A stretch of 64,000 bases of DNA from Lepidodermella squamata (Eukaryota; Animalia; Gastrotricha): the NCBI GenBank assembly GCA_047495785.1, contig JBLDXI010000030.1, positions 496,001 through 560,000 of the forward strand. Direction: 5' to 3'. Within the stretch, counting starts at the first letter, position 1. Every line of letters begins with the position of its first letter. The position numbers and the translations under genes are program-made. Under the pieces are notes generated by a model. The model was not told the DNA's origin. It made no database searches and worked only from the letters and a program-made list of their open reading frames with translations. Of the stretch, positions 41,752-55,093 are shown one piece after another.

Positions 41752-42927
41752 ATGAAATTGCTTTTCGTGTTACTGTTTGTGGCTAGGGTCGCGTCGATGG
41801 AAGCTGATCTTTCGATTGCTGGGAGGCTGGAGTCGAAATTCACAGAATATTGCCCGGCCGTCAAGTCGAGATGCCTACCCACAGATCAAGTAGTTTATTC
41901 CAACGACAGCATTCCGGTTGTCGTAAATATCAGCATGGCTCTCCACCGTTTTGTGGGGATCGACGATGTGGAGCAAAAGCTGTCATTATTAGCTTATCTA
42001 TCTATGGAGTGGGGGCTGCCATGCAAGACCCCGAAATGCACAGATTTACTATCCGAAGAAGAGTGCAAGATAAGCAATTATAGAAAGCTGTTCTACCTCG
42101 TGCCAGCGTTAAATATCTGGACGCCGGGGATCTCTCATTTGACAGGCTTCGATTCGCCTGTTGTTAGTCGAAAAATCAGTGACCATGTGTGGATTTATCC
42201 ATTTGATTCCGATCAAGTAAACATGGCATACGTCGCGTACGACCGATACGATGTTTCGTGCACTGAATTCAGCTACAGACAATTTCCCTTCGATAAACAA
42301 GCTTGCACCCTCGTTTTTGAATCCTATGATTTTAAAAGTGACGTGGAGCTCCGTCTCAAATCTTTCGATATCGACCCGTCAGCTCGTGCTGCTTTTATCG
42401 TGGACACTGATATATGGGCGGTTGTCGAGCCGCTCGAGAACAGCAGCTATGAAATCAAGCAGAGCGTAGAGGCGTATACTGTTAACCGAATTAACATGAC
42501 AATTCGATTTCACCGCAAGAGTGGCTATTACGTCTGCAACATTTTCGTACCAACCATTACTCTTTTCTTCCTTCAAGTTATCTCTTTGATCGTTGAGCCT
42601 GTGAACAGGGACCAATCAGCGTTTTGCGTGACTGTCGTACTGTCCTACGTTGTATTTCTCACCTTAATTTTTGGCATGATGCCAACAACTTCAGATCACG
42701 TCTATCTTGTCTACATGGTAGCAGCTAAATTTATCGTTGCAGTACTTATAACAGCCTACACCTGCTTGAGCCCAGGTATCCCTGAGCAACTGAAATCTCG
42801 CGTTGTCAAGATGCACAAATGCCTCACCTTACCCGTGGATCGTTTTCTGGACCTGACAGTGGCTCTAGTGGCAGGCCTGGTTGTAATGATCATTGACGCA
42901 ATTCTTTTTTCTCTAATGTTGTCGTGA
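41752..42927 (+). CDS. Cys-loop (pentameric) ligand-gated ion channel subunit, intronless
   Basis: Signal peptide, IWTP, C-x14-C loop with FPFD.Q, four TM helices, MPTTSD. Confidence 0.9.
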   Translation: MKLLFVLLFVARVASMEADLSIAGRLESKFTEYCPAVKSRCLPTDQVVYSNDSIPVVVNISMALHRFVGIDDVEQKLSLLAYLSMEWGLPCKTPKCTDLLSEEECKISNYRKLFYLVPALNIWTPGISHLTGFDSPVVSRKISDHVWIYPFDSDQVNMAYVAYDRYDVSCTEFSYRQFPFDKQACTLVFESYDFKSDVELRLKSFDIDPSARAAFIVDTDIWAVVEPLENSSYEIKQSVEAYTVNRINMTIRFHRKSGYYVCNIFVPTITLFFLQVISLIVEPVNRDQSAFCVTVVLSYVVFLTLIFGMMPTTSDHVYLVYMVAAKFIVAVLITAYTCLSPGIPEQLKSRVVKMHKCLTLPVDRFLDLTVALVAGLVVMIIDAILFSLMLS

Positions 42928-42996
42928 ACTGTGGTAACTCTGGCCGAGTTTGATATGGAAGGGTCATTTTTTCGGTTTATCGCTTTATTTCTTCTT

Positions 42997-43282
42997 CTTA
43001 GTGGAACCATCGAATCCACAAAATCGCTATTGGTTGGACTAAAAATGGTTGAAGGACGCGATTGGTTAGATTTTCCGGCATCTTAGCGTGTTATTTCTTG
43101 AACAGAAAGAAAATCCTGATTTCCCGGGTTCGATTCGCGGTGGCCACGCATCATTTTTTCTGAGAGTTTTTCACTTTTCAAGAAATAACATGCCAAGATG
43201 CTGGAAAATCTAACAAATCGCGTCCTTCAACCATTTTTAGCCCAGCCAATAGCGATTTTGTGGATTCGATGGTTCCACCAAG
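42997..43282. mobile_element. Foldback MITE with ~105-bp inverted arms
   Basis: GTGGAACCATCGAATCCACAAAATCGCTATTGG... mirrored at the right end. Confidence 0.85.
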
Positions 43283-44201
43283 TTTATTCCTTTGCTACAA
43301 GAAGTTGCTACTTCTAGCGTTTCGATAATCTTGTGTTGTCTCGTTAACTTTACAGATTGACGCATAGTTCGGAATGGACCTTTGATATTGCAAATTCTTT
43401 AAATAAAAAGCGGAGATGAGCCCTGGAGACGGTGTTGAATAGCTGTTTTCTGAAATAACTGCTTGTTCAGCTTTCATCATTGCATAGAAGAATTAATTTC
43501 ACTCGAATCCAAAATAGATGCAGAATTAATATCTTATGTTTGTTTAATGCCAAATACAGATCATTTTTCAAATAAATGAACCTGTGCTGGCAAATTTCCT
43601 CCCAATCATTGGCTCCGATAAGGTGCGAAGTACGGATGGTATCGTAGCCTCGACCCATCCAACCCAACCTCGACCCCTTTATCAGCAATTTATATTACAG
43701 GCTTGAAAATTCGGAAAATAACGACCTAAGGGGCAAAACGCAAAACTAGTATTTTTCATTTTCAGTCTGGCCGCGCTTGATGCTTACGTACTGTGCGGAG
43801 CTCGCGTGGGCTAAATTAGCTAAATTACCCCCCGGTAAAAGTTAAAAATTTGACACTGCAAAATGCACGTTCCACTTAAAGCGCGGTATGATTACGTATG
43901 ATTGATTGTGCATTCTTAGAATGATGATCACTCTAAGAATGCGCAATCAATTATACACTCAGTGATCCACGCATCTCGCGCTTTCACGCTTTTCAAGAGA
44001 CAAAATTGCGTTTCGATGTCTGCAGGTCTAACTAACTAAGCAGATGACGAATTTTGTCGCAAGAAATCAATTTCTTTCTGTGTTGTTCCGTCACTTAATT
44101 ATGGTTGCTCTGCTTTTGACCGTGCATAATTTGCTATGCAGCTAATTAGCACGGTAACTACCTCGCTGCGACAATGTTTTCATGGCATATGTCAAAATTT
44201 G

Positions 44202-45583
44202 ATGAACTTTACGGGTCAAATTATTGGAGACGCTTGGATATCGGTCGATTTGCCCGACCGTGGTTTCGGAGGGCCGAGACCATATTTTGTGGGCCTACTG
44301 CATAACTTGGAAACCAACACGTTGTCAGACCGTCTCAAGTTCGCAGTCCCCTTTTCCATCCTCATCCTCATTTCAATTGCGTCAAATATCGCAAATATTG
44401 TGGTTTATCGAAAACGAGAGATCAAGATCGACTTTCGCATTCTAGTCGTAGCATTGAATGTAAACAGCATAGCTGTTGCTACAATTCACCTCATAGGCGC
44501 CCTTGTAGTTGTTCCTACCGGCTTCTGGGAATTAGGCGACGCCTCTTGCATAGCATTCTATTGGCTGCTATATGGTTTCGGTGGCATCAGTTTCTATATT
44601 TTAACTCTGATAAGCTTCGAACGCCGACTTTGTGTTGTATCGAATATTCCCGACCAGAAATCTAACAAGAAAAAGGTAAGCTTCATAGAATAAGAGGTTT
44701 GAACGGCTAAGATCCTTTCTTTTTAAGATAATTTCCCTGGTGATTTCATTCTATGTGTCATGCATGCTTGCTGTATGCTGTTTCGGTGTATATCCATTGC
44801 GAAATTTCGGAGTGAGAATGATTCGCTTACCCGAGTTGAGCAACAATACAGTTTACCCGATGTGTTCCAGCTGGGAAAGTCATGTGGTATGGGGCCTCGA
44901 TACCGCTGCGATCTTATCAATCACCACCGGCCTAACAACAATTATTTGCTCACTAGTCATGCTTCACAAATTTTGGTTAGTTAAGCATAATTCCTCATTC
45001 TTTTAAATATTGAAGCGATGGATAAATTAGCGAGGAGGAGGGTTTAGGTTTGAGAAAACCCTAGATTCACATGTTTACTGTCCACTTTTGGGTAAACGTT
45101 TGTCTACAAAACTTACGTTATAATTTTCTTTTCAGGAAAATTCACCAGAAAATCAAGTCGGTAGGCGTCGGATGGGGTCAAATCGCTAAGAATAGACAGG
45201 AGCATTGGAAAAAGCGCGAATGGTTTTTCGTGAAGCAATCATTCGCCACTTTCATCACATTTCTGATATGTTTCATGCTTTTATTGATTCACTTCATCTT
45301 CGTGGCACTCTACCGTGATATCGGCCCTCGATATGTAACGTATTGGCTCGATAAATGCAGGCTAATAATCTACATTTCTGAATTGATGCTCGCTCCTATT
45401 ATGCAAATACTGAGGCCTGGTTTTACCGACATATTCAAGCGTTGGAAAAAGCAGCGAATAGCTGCTGTTCAATCTTCTGCTTCTCCATCTGCAACCAAGA
45501 AAGAATTCGTGTTACCGGAAAAGTCAGGAACCCAATGGCAATCCGTCGGAGAAAGAATCAAATTTGTCAATCGATACAAATGA
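44202..45583 (+). CDS. Divergent class A GPCR, copy 1 (3 exons)
   Basis: Exons 44202-44675, 44728-44975, 45136-45583; WELG...C, ISFERR at the end of TM3, seven hydrophobic segments. Confidence 0.8.
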
Positions 45584-45989
45584 CAGGATCGTTCATCTTT
45601 CATCGAAGGATTATTAGTGATAACACCAAGCTAACACCATGTTACCAAAAATTGACGACTTTTCGCTGCTTATAGTTTTTTTATTTTTGTTTAGCTTGCG
45701 CTTAGACCCGAAAAAAAGTAGCTGAGTACACAGTAACTGCAGTATCGATCTTCAGGCAGTCAACAAATGTATAACATGTACCGAGAATAAAATGACATCT
45801 CGCGCGCGCCCAGCTAAACCAGGCTCCAGTTATATAAACATTTCTATATAAATATCAATGAAAAATAATAATTGCTTTTTTCATTCCATTTTTTTATCCT
45901 GAGGAGGGTTGCTTTCGTTACAACATTCCGGCGCAATCTGCTATTTTCTGGTTTCTGGCTAAAAAACAGCCGCAAGCCGCGGCTGCTAT

Positions 45990-46154
45990 CAGTGTGCGAA
46001 GTAGGATCCGGGAGCTGAGGTGTTTTCTGCTTCTTTTCTAGGACCCCGCCGAATGAACCAAAGGGCCCCCCTGTGGTTTTTTCAGGTTTCCTCTGGTTGG
46101 AGTCCCGGAACTGGGGTGTCGCGACACCCCAGCACCCCTGTACTTCGCACCCTG
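45990..46154. mobile_element. hAT-type MITE (family 1), 165 bp
   Basis: CAGTGTGCGAAGTA...TACTTCGCACCCTG and 8-bp TSD GCTGCTAT. Confidence 0.9.
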
Positions 46155-46471
46155 GCTGCTATTTGTCACGGATGGAAAAGCGACAAGCTATCCCGAAATT
46201 AGTCTGTTCACTGCAAGACTGACGCGTCTTAACGTCTAAACGTCTTCCGAAGATTGCGACGGTTTTTATGTCAAAATGAATGCGATATTATGGGGCTTTA
46301 TTGGCTGAATGGTTTAACGCTTAGCGATATGTGTCGACAATTTTAAATTACGACAAAGGAACCTGCTTTTGCGTAACTTTTTAATGCAAGAAAGCAAGGG
46401 ACATTTTCTGAAGTCAACATTCTCATTTATTTCGACTATTCGTCATATTCTTTGAAAATTAAATTTAGTTC

Positions 46472-46876
46472 TTAATTGCCCGTACTCGGATTGATGACGC
46501 ACGCATAGCTCCAGTTGCAATAACTACGATATAATATAGCGGTTTAACGCGATGTTGTTCTACAAACAATTTATCCAACTTACTAGCCATCGCAACAATC
46601 GCTGAACATGCAGTTTGAAGTTGCGCACTGGTTCTCTGTGCTTGGATTTGCAACACAAGCGTAACTCCAGCTACAGTAGCTAAAATTCACAGAAGCTCTC
46701 ATGGATATGAATTGCTCTCAACTCGCTATATCTTACTATCCATCGCAGCAGTCGGAAGACATGCAGTTCCAAGTTGAACACGTGTCGGGCTGCTTCACGT
46801 CAACGTCGGTATTGCGGGGGGCTGCACTAACAAGAGCGACAGCGATCAGAGTTCCGAAAAAAATCGCAATTTTCAT
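46472..46876 (-). CDS. Secreted double-knottin peptide gene F (paralog of E)
   Basis: 3 exons: ...CSTWNCMSSDCCDGYYCSWSYAC...CATSNCMFSDCCDGYYCNWSYACVINPSTGN*. Confidence 0.85.
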
Positions 46877-47974
46877 TTTTAAGCTGGTTTCGTGGCATTG
46901 TATTGGCGGATTTCGCAATTATATACCATGGCTGTAGTCCTTATCTCTCTGAATTACGTACATTCCTCACTTTTTACTTTTGTCCGGAGTCGTGCTTGAA
47001 CTCAAACACTTATGCGACAGTCCAGACAAACAGGAAGAAAGATCATCGTAAATTCATATGAAATTGGGCTCAAAACATGGAGCTTCAAGGTCTTCATGGG
47101 GGCGGCAGAATCCTGCAATTTTCACTTCATTATTCCTCCACGCACACGACACCTCTAGGCTCCCTAAAAGGGTGCAATGGGTACATAGGGGTGATTTCTG
47201 GATAATCATTTCGAGAAAATAAAACATCCAAATTGAAATTTCATGAAAACAATTCTTCGATTTTCTTTCTTGTTTGCAACTTGATTTTTGGTCACCCATC
47301 ATTCGTCATCAAAATCTTCATGCTTTCCGGCTGGCCGAAGCATCAGGGGTCAAGACTCACGGAGCAAGCCCCAAGATCATCAGTTGCATTGGTTCGATCG
47401 AGTCTGGAAACGAGCGTTGCCTCCATGAGGCCACTCAAATCGGTCGCCTGACAGCTGGGTTCGCACAGAAATCAATGCATCTACATCGCGGCGTTTGGTA
47501 GACTGACAATAATAGAAGCCATCCGCTCGCTGCAAAATGGAATCCAGGTCGCGGCGGAAATTAACCATGGATTTGGGTCAATTTTGCCGATCGAACACTC
47601 GCCGACTCGCCGTAGTCGCCGAGAAACCAGTCATTGTCGCCTCTAACGCTGCTATGACGAGTCGCTGAATTTCAGTTGCTGTTCAAAACCGCGAGTTCGG
47701 ATGGAAAACCGGATCGGCATCGCGACGGCTACCAGCAAGACGACCTCGATTTTCGCCTCATTTTTCCAATTTTTGTATAACCAGGTGTATTTTTATCATG
47801 TAATCAATACTCATTAATCAAAGATCCTGCAGCTGCCAGGGATAGGAAAATAAGCAACCAACGTTGCTAGCGAAGCGAGAAAATTTGTGCTCTCAAAAAT
47901 GACAACACAGCGGGCGAAACGCACTTTTCATTCTTGTCTGGTGGATCCAGAAGAAGATCACTGTACGTTGCACG

Positions 47975-49119
47975 CAGGGTGCGAAGTACAGGGGTGCTGG
48001 GGTGTCGGAACACCCCAGCTCGGTCTGGCGGGAGAAAATTTTAAAATTTAATTGGAGTTGTGAAATCCATTATAGAACCAAAGTAATTAGAGAACACCCA
48101 TTGTGAGGACGATGGGTGCCGAGTTTTTAAGCAATTTCCGGGTTTTCCTGACACTAAAATCGCCAAAAATATCGTCGGTTAAAGCTCGCTGCGCTCGCCT
48201 TCGGGTTTAAGGTTGTATAAGGGATTATGCAACGGTGGCTAATTCAAGGTTCGACTATCGACTCTACTAGTAGTTGCATAGAAACCATTTGTTTGAACAA
48301 GCCCCGCGTCATCTCATTGATAAAATTGCCTTGCCATTTTATGAGATTTCATACCCTCCTTCAGGGTGAATTTAAATAAATTTCCCGCTTCGCTCGTATG
48401 TATGGCCTAATTTACTGGTAATGTTCAGATATGCAGCACTTCTTTCTCAAGTTCTTTCTCAGTTCCAGCGTTGCTTATTGGCGTCTTGAATTGATTGTTA
48501 CCGATGGAATTTGTCGAAGACAAGATCGTACATCTTTCTCAATTTTTGGATTTCGAGCTTGTAAGATAGCAGATAATGTTCAGGGCCGATGGCCGATAAA
48601 AGCAAATGATAAAATGACAAATGGCGTGACCGGATCAAGGTCAGATTTTATCTTCGGCCGTAGCCGTTGCTTGCCAGCCGCCAAAATGGCCGGCAGTAAA
48701 AAAGTTCGTTTTGGAAATCCAGCATTGCTAATGGATCTTGCGCAATCCATGACTAAGAACATTGCAGCGTTTCCGAGAACGGACAATTTGACTATTTTCT
48801 CAGTTTCAAGAATTCGAGACGTTGCGTAAGTAAAGATCCCTTATTTGAGCAAAATGTGACAATGGGAAGAAAACGGAGCGAACTAAAATAAAAGTAACCA
48901 CTCTAAATAGTGAATTTTAGGAGGGTTTGGAACCATTTTTTACCGAAAAAATCGAAAAATTTCTCGCTTCGCTCGTTTCATGGGTTAAAATAATAGCTAA
49001 TTGTCCCCCATTCCGAGTAAATGTTATTGATTTCGCGAGCGAGCGTAGCGAGCGAGCGCAATTTTTGTGTTGCCCAATATTAGGAACACACCAACTCGAA
49101 AATCCTACTTCGCACACTG
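47975..49119. mobile_element. Non-autonomous hAT element (family 1 ends), 1145 bp
   Basis: CAGGGTGCGAAGTA...TACTTCGCACACTG and 8-bp TSD GTTGCACG; empty paralogous site near 43800. Confidence 0.9.
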
Positions 49120-49450
49120 GTTGCACGCGTGGGCTAAATTAGCTGAATTACCCCGCGGTAAAAGACAAACTTCGAAGCGCTGTAATACGTAATAGGGTGA
49201 TGATTGATTCTGCATTCCTCGATAATCCACACAACCCGCGCATTCTCTCATTCGCAAAGACATGCACGTGTTCCGATTTCTGCAGCCCTAACTAACGCGA
49301 AGTTTGCTACAAGCAATACCTTTCAATTCGTGCCCTTACGAGTGATCTTACGATTGCGTTGCTTATGACCGTGCAGAGTTCGTTATCCAGCTAATCAGCG
49401 GCATATATAACTCGCAGTGAACTTCTTTCAATGGCATAAATCTGAATGTG

Positions 49451-50988
49451 ATGAATTTTACAGGTCAAATTATTGGAGACGCTTGGATAACGGTTGATCT
49501 ACCCGACCGTGGTTTCGGAGGGCCGAGACCATATTTTGTAGGCCAGTTACATAACTTGGGAACCAACAACACGTTGTCAGACCGTCTCAAGTTCGCTGTC
49601 CCCTTTTCCATCCTGATCCCAAACTCAATTGCGTCTAATATCGCAAATATTGTGGTTTATCGAAAACGAGAGATCAAGGCCGACTTTCGCATTCTAGTCG
49701 CAGTGTTGAATGTTAACAGCATAGCTGCTGGTACGATTTACCTCATAGGTACCCTTGTAGTTGTGCCTACCGGCTTCTGGGAATTAGGCAATGCTTCTTG
49801 CATAACTTTCAATTGGCTGCTTTGTGGTTTCGGCGGCAACAGCTTCTACGTGATAACTCTGATAAGCTTCGAACGCCGACTTTGCGTTTTATCGAATATC
49901 CCCGATCAGAAATCTAACAAGAATAAGGTGAGCTTTATATTTCAGAGAGTTGAATAGGCTAAGATCTTTTCATTTTTAGATCATTTTCCTTGTGACTTTA
50001 TTGTATGTGTCATGCATGCTTGTCATGGGCTTCTTCGGCGTATATCCATTACGAAATTTCGGAGTGAGAATGATTCGCTTACCCGAGTTGAGCAACAATA
50101 CACTTTACCCGATCTGTTCCAGCTGGGAAAGTCATGTAGTATGGGGTCTCGATACCGCTGCGATTCTTTCGATCGCGACAGCTCTAACAACAATAATCTG
50201 CTCGATGGTCATGCTGCACAACTTTTGGTAAGGGTTAACCGTCGAATAATTCCTTATTCATCGTGATTGAGGTTTCCAATATGGCAAGTGGAATTGCCCC
50301 TTTGCGCAACCATCTGGCCAGATAAATTCAGGGCTGAAAGCTGACCCCCATCCCCAAACTCTGATGATCCTATTTCATTGACTGCCTTGCGAATGTTATA
50401 GAAGGAACCTTAAGTGTTACTTGCCACTTTGCACCTTAAAACTCGTGTGTAAAACGTTTTCTGAGAAACTTACGTTATCTTTTCAGGAAAATTCACCAGA
50501 AAATCAAATCGGTAGGCGTTGGTTGGGGTCAAAGCGCTAAGAATCGGCAGGAAAATTGGAAAAAGCGCGAATTGTTTTTCGTGAAGCAATCATTTGCCAC
50601 TTTCCTTACATTTGTGATATGTTTGAACCCTGTGTTGATTCGTTTCATTTTCGTGGCATTCTACCGTGAAATCGGCCCTCGATATTTAACGCATTGGTTC
50701 GAAAAATGCGTCGTCATAATCTTCATTTCAGAATTGACGCTCGCTCCTATCATTCAAATACTGCGGCCTGGTTTTACCGGTATATTCAAGCGCTGGAAAA
50801 AGCAGCGAATAGAGGCAGTTCCATCTCCTTCTCCAGCTGCAATCAAAAAAGAATTTGTGTTACCGGAAAAGTCAGGAATTCAATGGGAATCCGTCGGAGA
50901 AAGAATCAAATTTGTCAATCGATACCAAGGAATGGATAGGTCTGTCATATCTAGCGACTATCAGTGCGACCAAGCTAGCCCCATGTGA
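49451..50988 (+). CDS. Divergent class A GPCR, copy 2 (3 exons)
   Basis: Exons 49451-49927, 49980-50227, 50487-50988; close paralog of 44202-45583. Confidence 0.8.
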
Positions 50989-51359
50989 CCAACAAAATTG
51001 ACGATTTGTGGCTGCTGAGTAGAAATTCAACAAAATGTATAACCTATAATAGTTTTCCAAATAATTTACCCCCTGCTGGCGAATTTCCCGTCAAACATTG
51101 GGTCTAAATCATTATGTACCCGGTAAAATGCATGCCATCGATCTTCAGGCAGTCGGAAACTTTATTACAGCTTGTTTAACCCGGCAATGGCAGGAAATAA
51201 ATAATCGTTACCGAGAATTAAAGATAACTCATACGACCCCCGCTAAACCAAGAATGAGGTTGCGTTGGATCATAAAATAGAACACTGTTTAGAGAGCTGA
51301 ATTCTATCTAAAAATCGTATTGTATAGAAATAGGGTCAGAAAAGCTCATAAGCCAAATT

Positions 51360-52538
51360 TTAAGAAAGCATCAGGGAGAAAAGAAATGCGTCAATTATCA
51401 TTACAGCCACGCTTGCTGCTCCAGCAATTGCCAGGTCCAAAAATCGATGCATAGGTAAGAGCAGAGACTTGTGTATTTTGAAAACACGAGATTTCAAAGA
51501 ATCTGGAATACAAGATCCCAAACAAGTATAAGCCGTAATAACAACTGCAGCGATGAATTTAGCCGTGACCATGTACACAAGGTAGACATGATCGGACGTT
51601 TTTGGCATCATGCCAAAAATTAACGTGAGAAATACAATGTAAGACAGAACGACAGTCACACAAAACGCTGCTCGGTCTCTATTTACAGGTTCAGCAATCA
51701 AAGCAACGATTTGAAGAATGAAAAGGGTGATAGTTGGTACGAAAACGTTGCAGACGTAGTAGTTACTTTTTCGGCGAAATCGAATGGTATTGTTAATGTA
51801 GCTGACACTGAAAGTGCCATTCTGCTGGGATAAGGTATATTTGTCATACTCGAGCGGCTCGACAACCGACCATATATCAGTATCAACGATGAAGGTATCA
51901 CGGGCTGACGAGTCGATTTCGAAGGAGTTGATACGGTATGCCACATTTTTGGGATGCTCAGCAGATTCGAAAACAATCGAACATACTTGCGTGTCGAACG
52001 GGAATTTGCGGTAGCTGAATGATGTGCAAGACATGTCGAATCTTTCGATGAGTGGGTAATTAACAAAATTTGATTTCAGTGGGTATACCCAGGCACGATC
52101 GCCCATTCGCTTTGAGAGAATAGGCGATTGGTATGCTGTCAATTGGTAGATCTCTGGCGTCCAGATACGATCAACAGGGACGTGGAAGTGGAGCCATTCT
52201 ATTCCTTCTATTTCGCAGTCTGCTTTCGATAGTAGATCGGTACATTTCGGGATTTCACATGGCAGCCGCCAAGTCAAGTCGAGCATGGAGAGCAGCGACA
52301 GTTGTTGCTCGACGTCGTTAATGCCAACAAATCGAACGAGGGACATTGTGAAATTGACAAGAATGGGCTGCCTGTTTCTCGAGTAAATCACTTGATCGGC
52401 TGGCAGACTCATTGACCGTAAGGCTGGACAGAATTCGGCATATTTCGCCTCGAATTTCTCGGCAAAAGAAAGAGCTGATCTAACTAAATCAATTCGAGTC
52501 ATCATCAGAAGTGTAATGATCGAAGTCATTTTGCTCAT
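51360..52538 (-). CDS. Cys-loop ligand-gated ion channel subunit, paralog 2, intronless
   Basis: IWTPE, C-x14-C loop with FPFDTQ, four TM helices. Confidence 0.9.
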   Translation of the reverse strand: MSKMTSIITLLMMTRIDLVRSALSFAEKFEAKYAEFCPALRSMSLPADQVIYSRNRQPILVNFTMSLVRFVGINDVEQQLSLLSMLDLTWRLPCEIPKCTDLLSKADCEIEGIEWLHFHVPVDRIWTPEIYQLTAYQSPILSKRMGDRAWVYPLKSNFVNYPLIERFDMSCTSFSYRKFPFDTQVCSIVFESAEHPKNVAYRINSFEIDSSARDTFIVDTDIWSVVEPLEYDKYTLSQQNGTFSVSYINNTIRFRRKSNYYVCNVFVPTITLFILQIVALIAEPVNRDRAAFCVTVVLSYIVFLTLIFGMMPKTSDHVYLVYMVTAKFIAAVVITAYTCLGSCIPDSLKSRVFKIHKSLLLPMHRFLDLAIAGAASVAVMIIDAFLFSLMLS

Positions 52539-53194
52539 AATCAGCTACTCGGATTAACCTCCGAAGCGTTTTTGATAAATCAATGTGAATGCACAAACCT
52601 TATTCAAACATTTAGAGTGGTTTTTTATAGAACGCTTTAAAGCATTTTTTCCGGAGTCCAAAACCAGAATAAACTTTGCGGTTGCCTCGCGATTTTCCAT
52701 AATTCAACGAGCTGTTTACTTTTCCTAATTGCTATTAAAATTGCTCCCGACTAATTTGCTGAAAGATTAATCCAGAAAGCAAAACCCAATTGAACAACCT
52801 TTTCACAGGATTTCTCCCGATTTTATCGCGAATCTACATTAACGGCGAATTTGGACGATGCCATGAAAGTTCATACCTCACAAAAGAAAAAAAGCAAAGT
52901 AGGATCATTGAGCTAAGGACTTTTCGCCTGGACCCCAGCTAATTACTTCAAATAACGGTCTCGAGATGTTGCCGCTAACTTTTCTGGGCTTACCCTTACT
53001 GTCATAACTGTAAAAGTTCGAAGTCTGTGGTCTTAGGTCTGACTTACGTGGAATTTTTGAAGGTCAAATTATTGTCAGGCGTCGCACTCATTGCTAGTAT
53101 GGAGATAGAATGCTGATAAGGAATGGCTTATAAAAGTCGTCAAACTTGCAGCAAATCCAATTCAACAATCGAAAATATCCAGAACAACTTAAAA

Positions 53195-53632
53195 ATGCAC
53201 TCTGCCACCATTATCGTTCTGCTCTTTGTTGCCATGGGAGCCAGCAATGCATCCCCGGTCCAACCTCTGGATCCAGAACCAGACAACACCTGCTCGACAG
53301 ACTCTTGTCTCCTCGGAAAGAAATGCTGCGAGGGATAGTGAGTTGACAAGCTTGTTATCCTTCCAAGTATCCAAATGCTATATTTCTTCTATGTAGCTTC
53401 TGCGGCCTGAAAGGATTCGCCCTAGGCACGTGTTTTCTCAGGCCGCCGCAACGCCCTGTCACTGTTGTCAAGAATGACACCTGCTCCACGGATAATTGCG
53501 TTTCTGGCAAACCTTGCTGCTCGCCTCTGTAAGTCACCTCGCTAATATCTGCGTGGAAACCAATGAAAAACCTGAACTTTTTGTCACAGCTACTGCATGC
53601 AAGGCGGCTACGCGGCTGGGTTTTGCTTCTAA
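53195..53632 (+). CDS. Secreted double-knottin peptide gene G (paralog of D)
   Basis: Exons 53195-53337, 53397-53528, 53590-53632. Confidence 0.88.
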
Positions 53633-54174
53633 GCCAACAAGGCCGGCAGATCTCAGGAGAGACATTAGCCATTAGCTCTGGCATGGGTACTTCATTATCA
53701 AAAACATTTTGTGATGCAATTTGAAGGCTGTGAAGATGAGAAATTGAATCACGCAATAAAAATTGTTGAACAGTATCATTCCACTCTACTCAGGCCAAGG
53801 GCTTTTGAATGGAATATAGAATTCGATTTTTGAATATGGAATATAGAATCCGATAATGGTGTAAATTGGATTTGAAAATGGAGAACTTTTGTTGAAGATT
53901 CACAGAACTTCGAATTATTTCCCAATTACTTTTCAGCCGAAAGTTGTCCTTCTGCTGACTGCTGATCATTCATTGATCATTCAATTAACTCTATCCCGGA
54001 GAATCAATCTGAGCATCACCGTTCATTTGAGTTATTTGATTTGTCGGCGTTTATAGGTTTCGAGTATTTGCTGCGTGATCTACTCTGATTATGATTGAAA
54101 TAACCAGGCTTCCAAGCCATTGAAGGCAATTATAATTGCAGTATAAAAGGTACAGTCACGCCTAATGACATTAC

Positions 54175-54681
54175 CAGGCTTTGGATTTGATTTGATTTGA
54201 TTGACGGCTTAAATCACGGACCTCCTTCAATCAGTCGAAATCAATCGATGTTCCCCTTTCACGGAGCTAAATCAATCAAATCAAATCATTGACAGCGGTA
54301 AATAAAAAAAAAAGTAAATTATATCGGAAAAGGCTGAAAAATCTTAGTTTAGCGGCATCCGAGATTTCAAGTTTTTCGATTGCTTCCCTCACGGTAAATC
54401 GAAATCAATCAAATCAAAAGTTCTTCCCACGTAAATCAATCATAATAAATCTAAATCACCAAAATAGGGTCTACGGGGTGGCCAAAAAATTCCGCAGAGC
54501 GGGAATTCGCTGCGCATCATTTTAATGAGGAATTTCAAGAAATTGACGAGGAATTACATTGGCAAAAGAATGCTTGACATTCTTCAACTTCTTATAACTC
54601 CTCATTAAATTGATGCGCAGCGAATTCCCGCTCTGCGGAATTTTTTGGCCAACCTGTAATCAAATCAAATCCAAACCACTG
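54175..54681. mobile_element. hAT-type MITE (family 2) with GATTT subterminal repeats
   Basis: CAGGCTTTGGATTTGATTTG...CAAATCAAATCCAAACCACTG and 8-bp TSD GACATTAC. Confidence 0.85.
54474..54656. mobile_element. Tc1/mariner-type MITE nested in the hAT MITE
   Basis: ~45-bp TIRs flanked by TA on both sides. Confidence 0.8.
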
Positions 54682-55093
54682 GACATTACTGACATTATAT
54701 TGAGCGAGCGTTATTATGCTCAACTGAACAATAACCAAATTGCGTGGGACAAATTGGGTCAAGTGCTCGATTCTTGATAATCGTGTTTAATGTCGAAGGA
54801 AGGTGAACTCCATATTGTTAACGGCTATCGACCAAACTATATAGGTCAGGAAAATCCACGATATTGATCTCCTGCACGTGCTTTTCATTGAAATCGCTCT
54901 TCGTCGACTCCGTTTCGTCCGGAGTCTGTGGTCCACCGATTTGGCTGCGTGGTCACTTTTACGCTTATCAAGATATTGCCGAGTCTGAAAGTCCGGTGCA
55001 TGAGTAATATACTGATAAAAATGTGTTTATAAGGCTTCAGAGATGCAATAGCAAATTCATCAATTCCCAATATTTCAAAACAATTACTGAACA

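Noticed and set aside
47230-47760. GC-richer segment with short ORFs
   Set aside because: No recognisable product; probably a TE fragment
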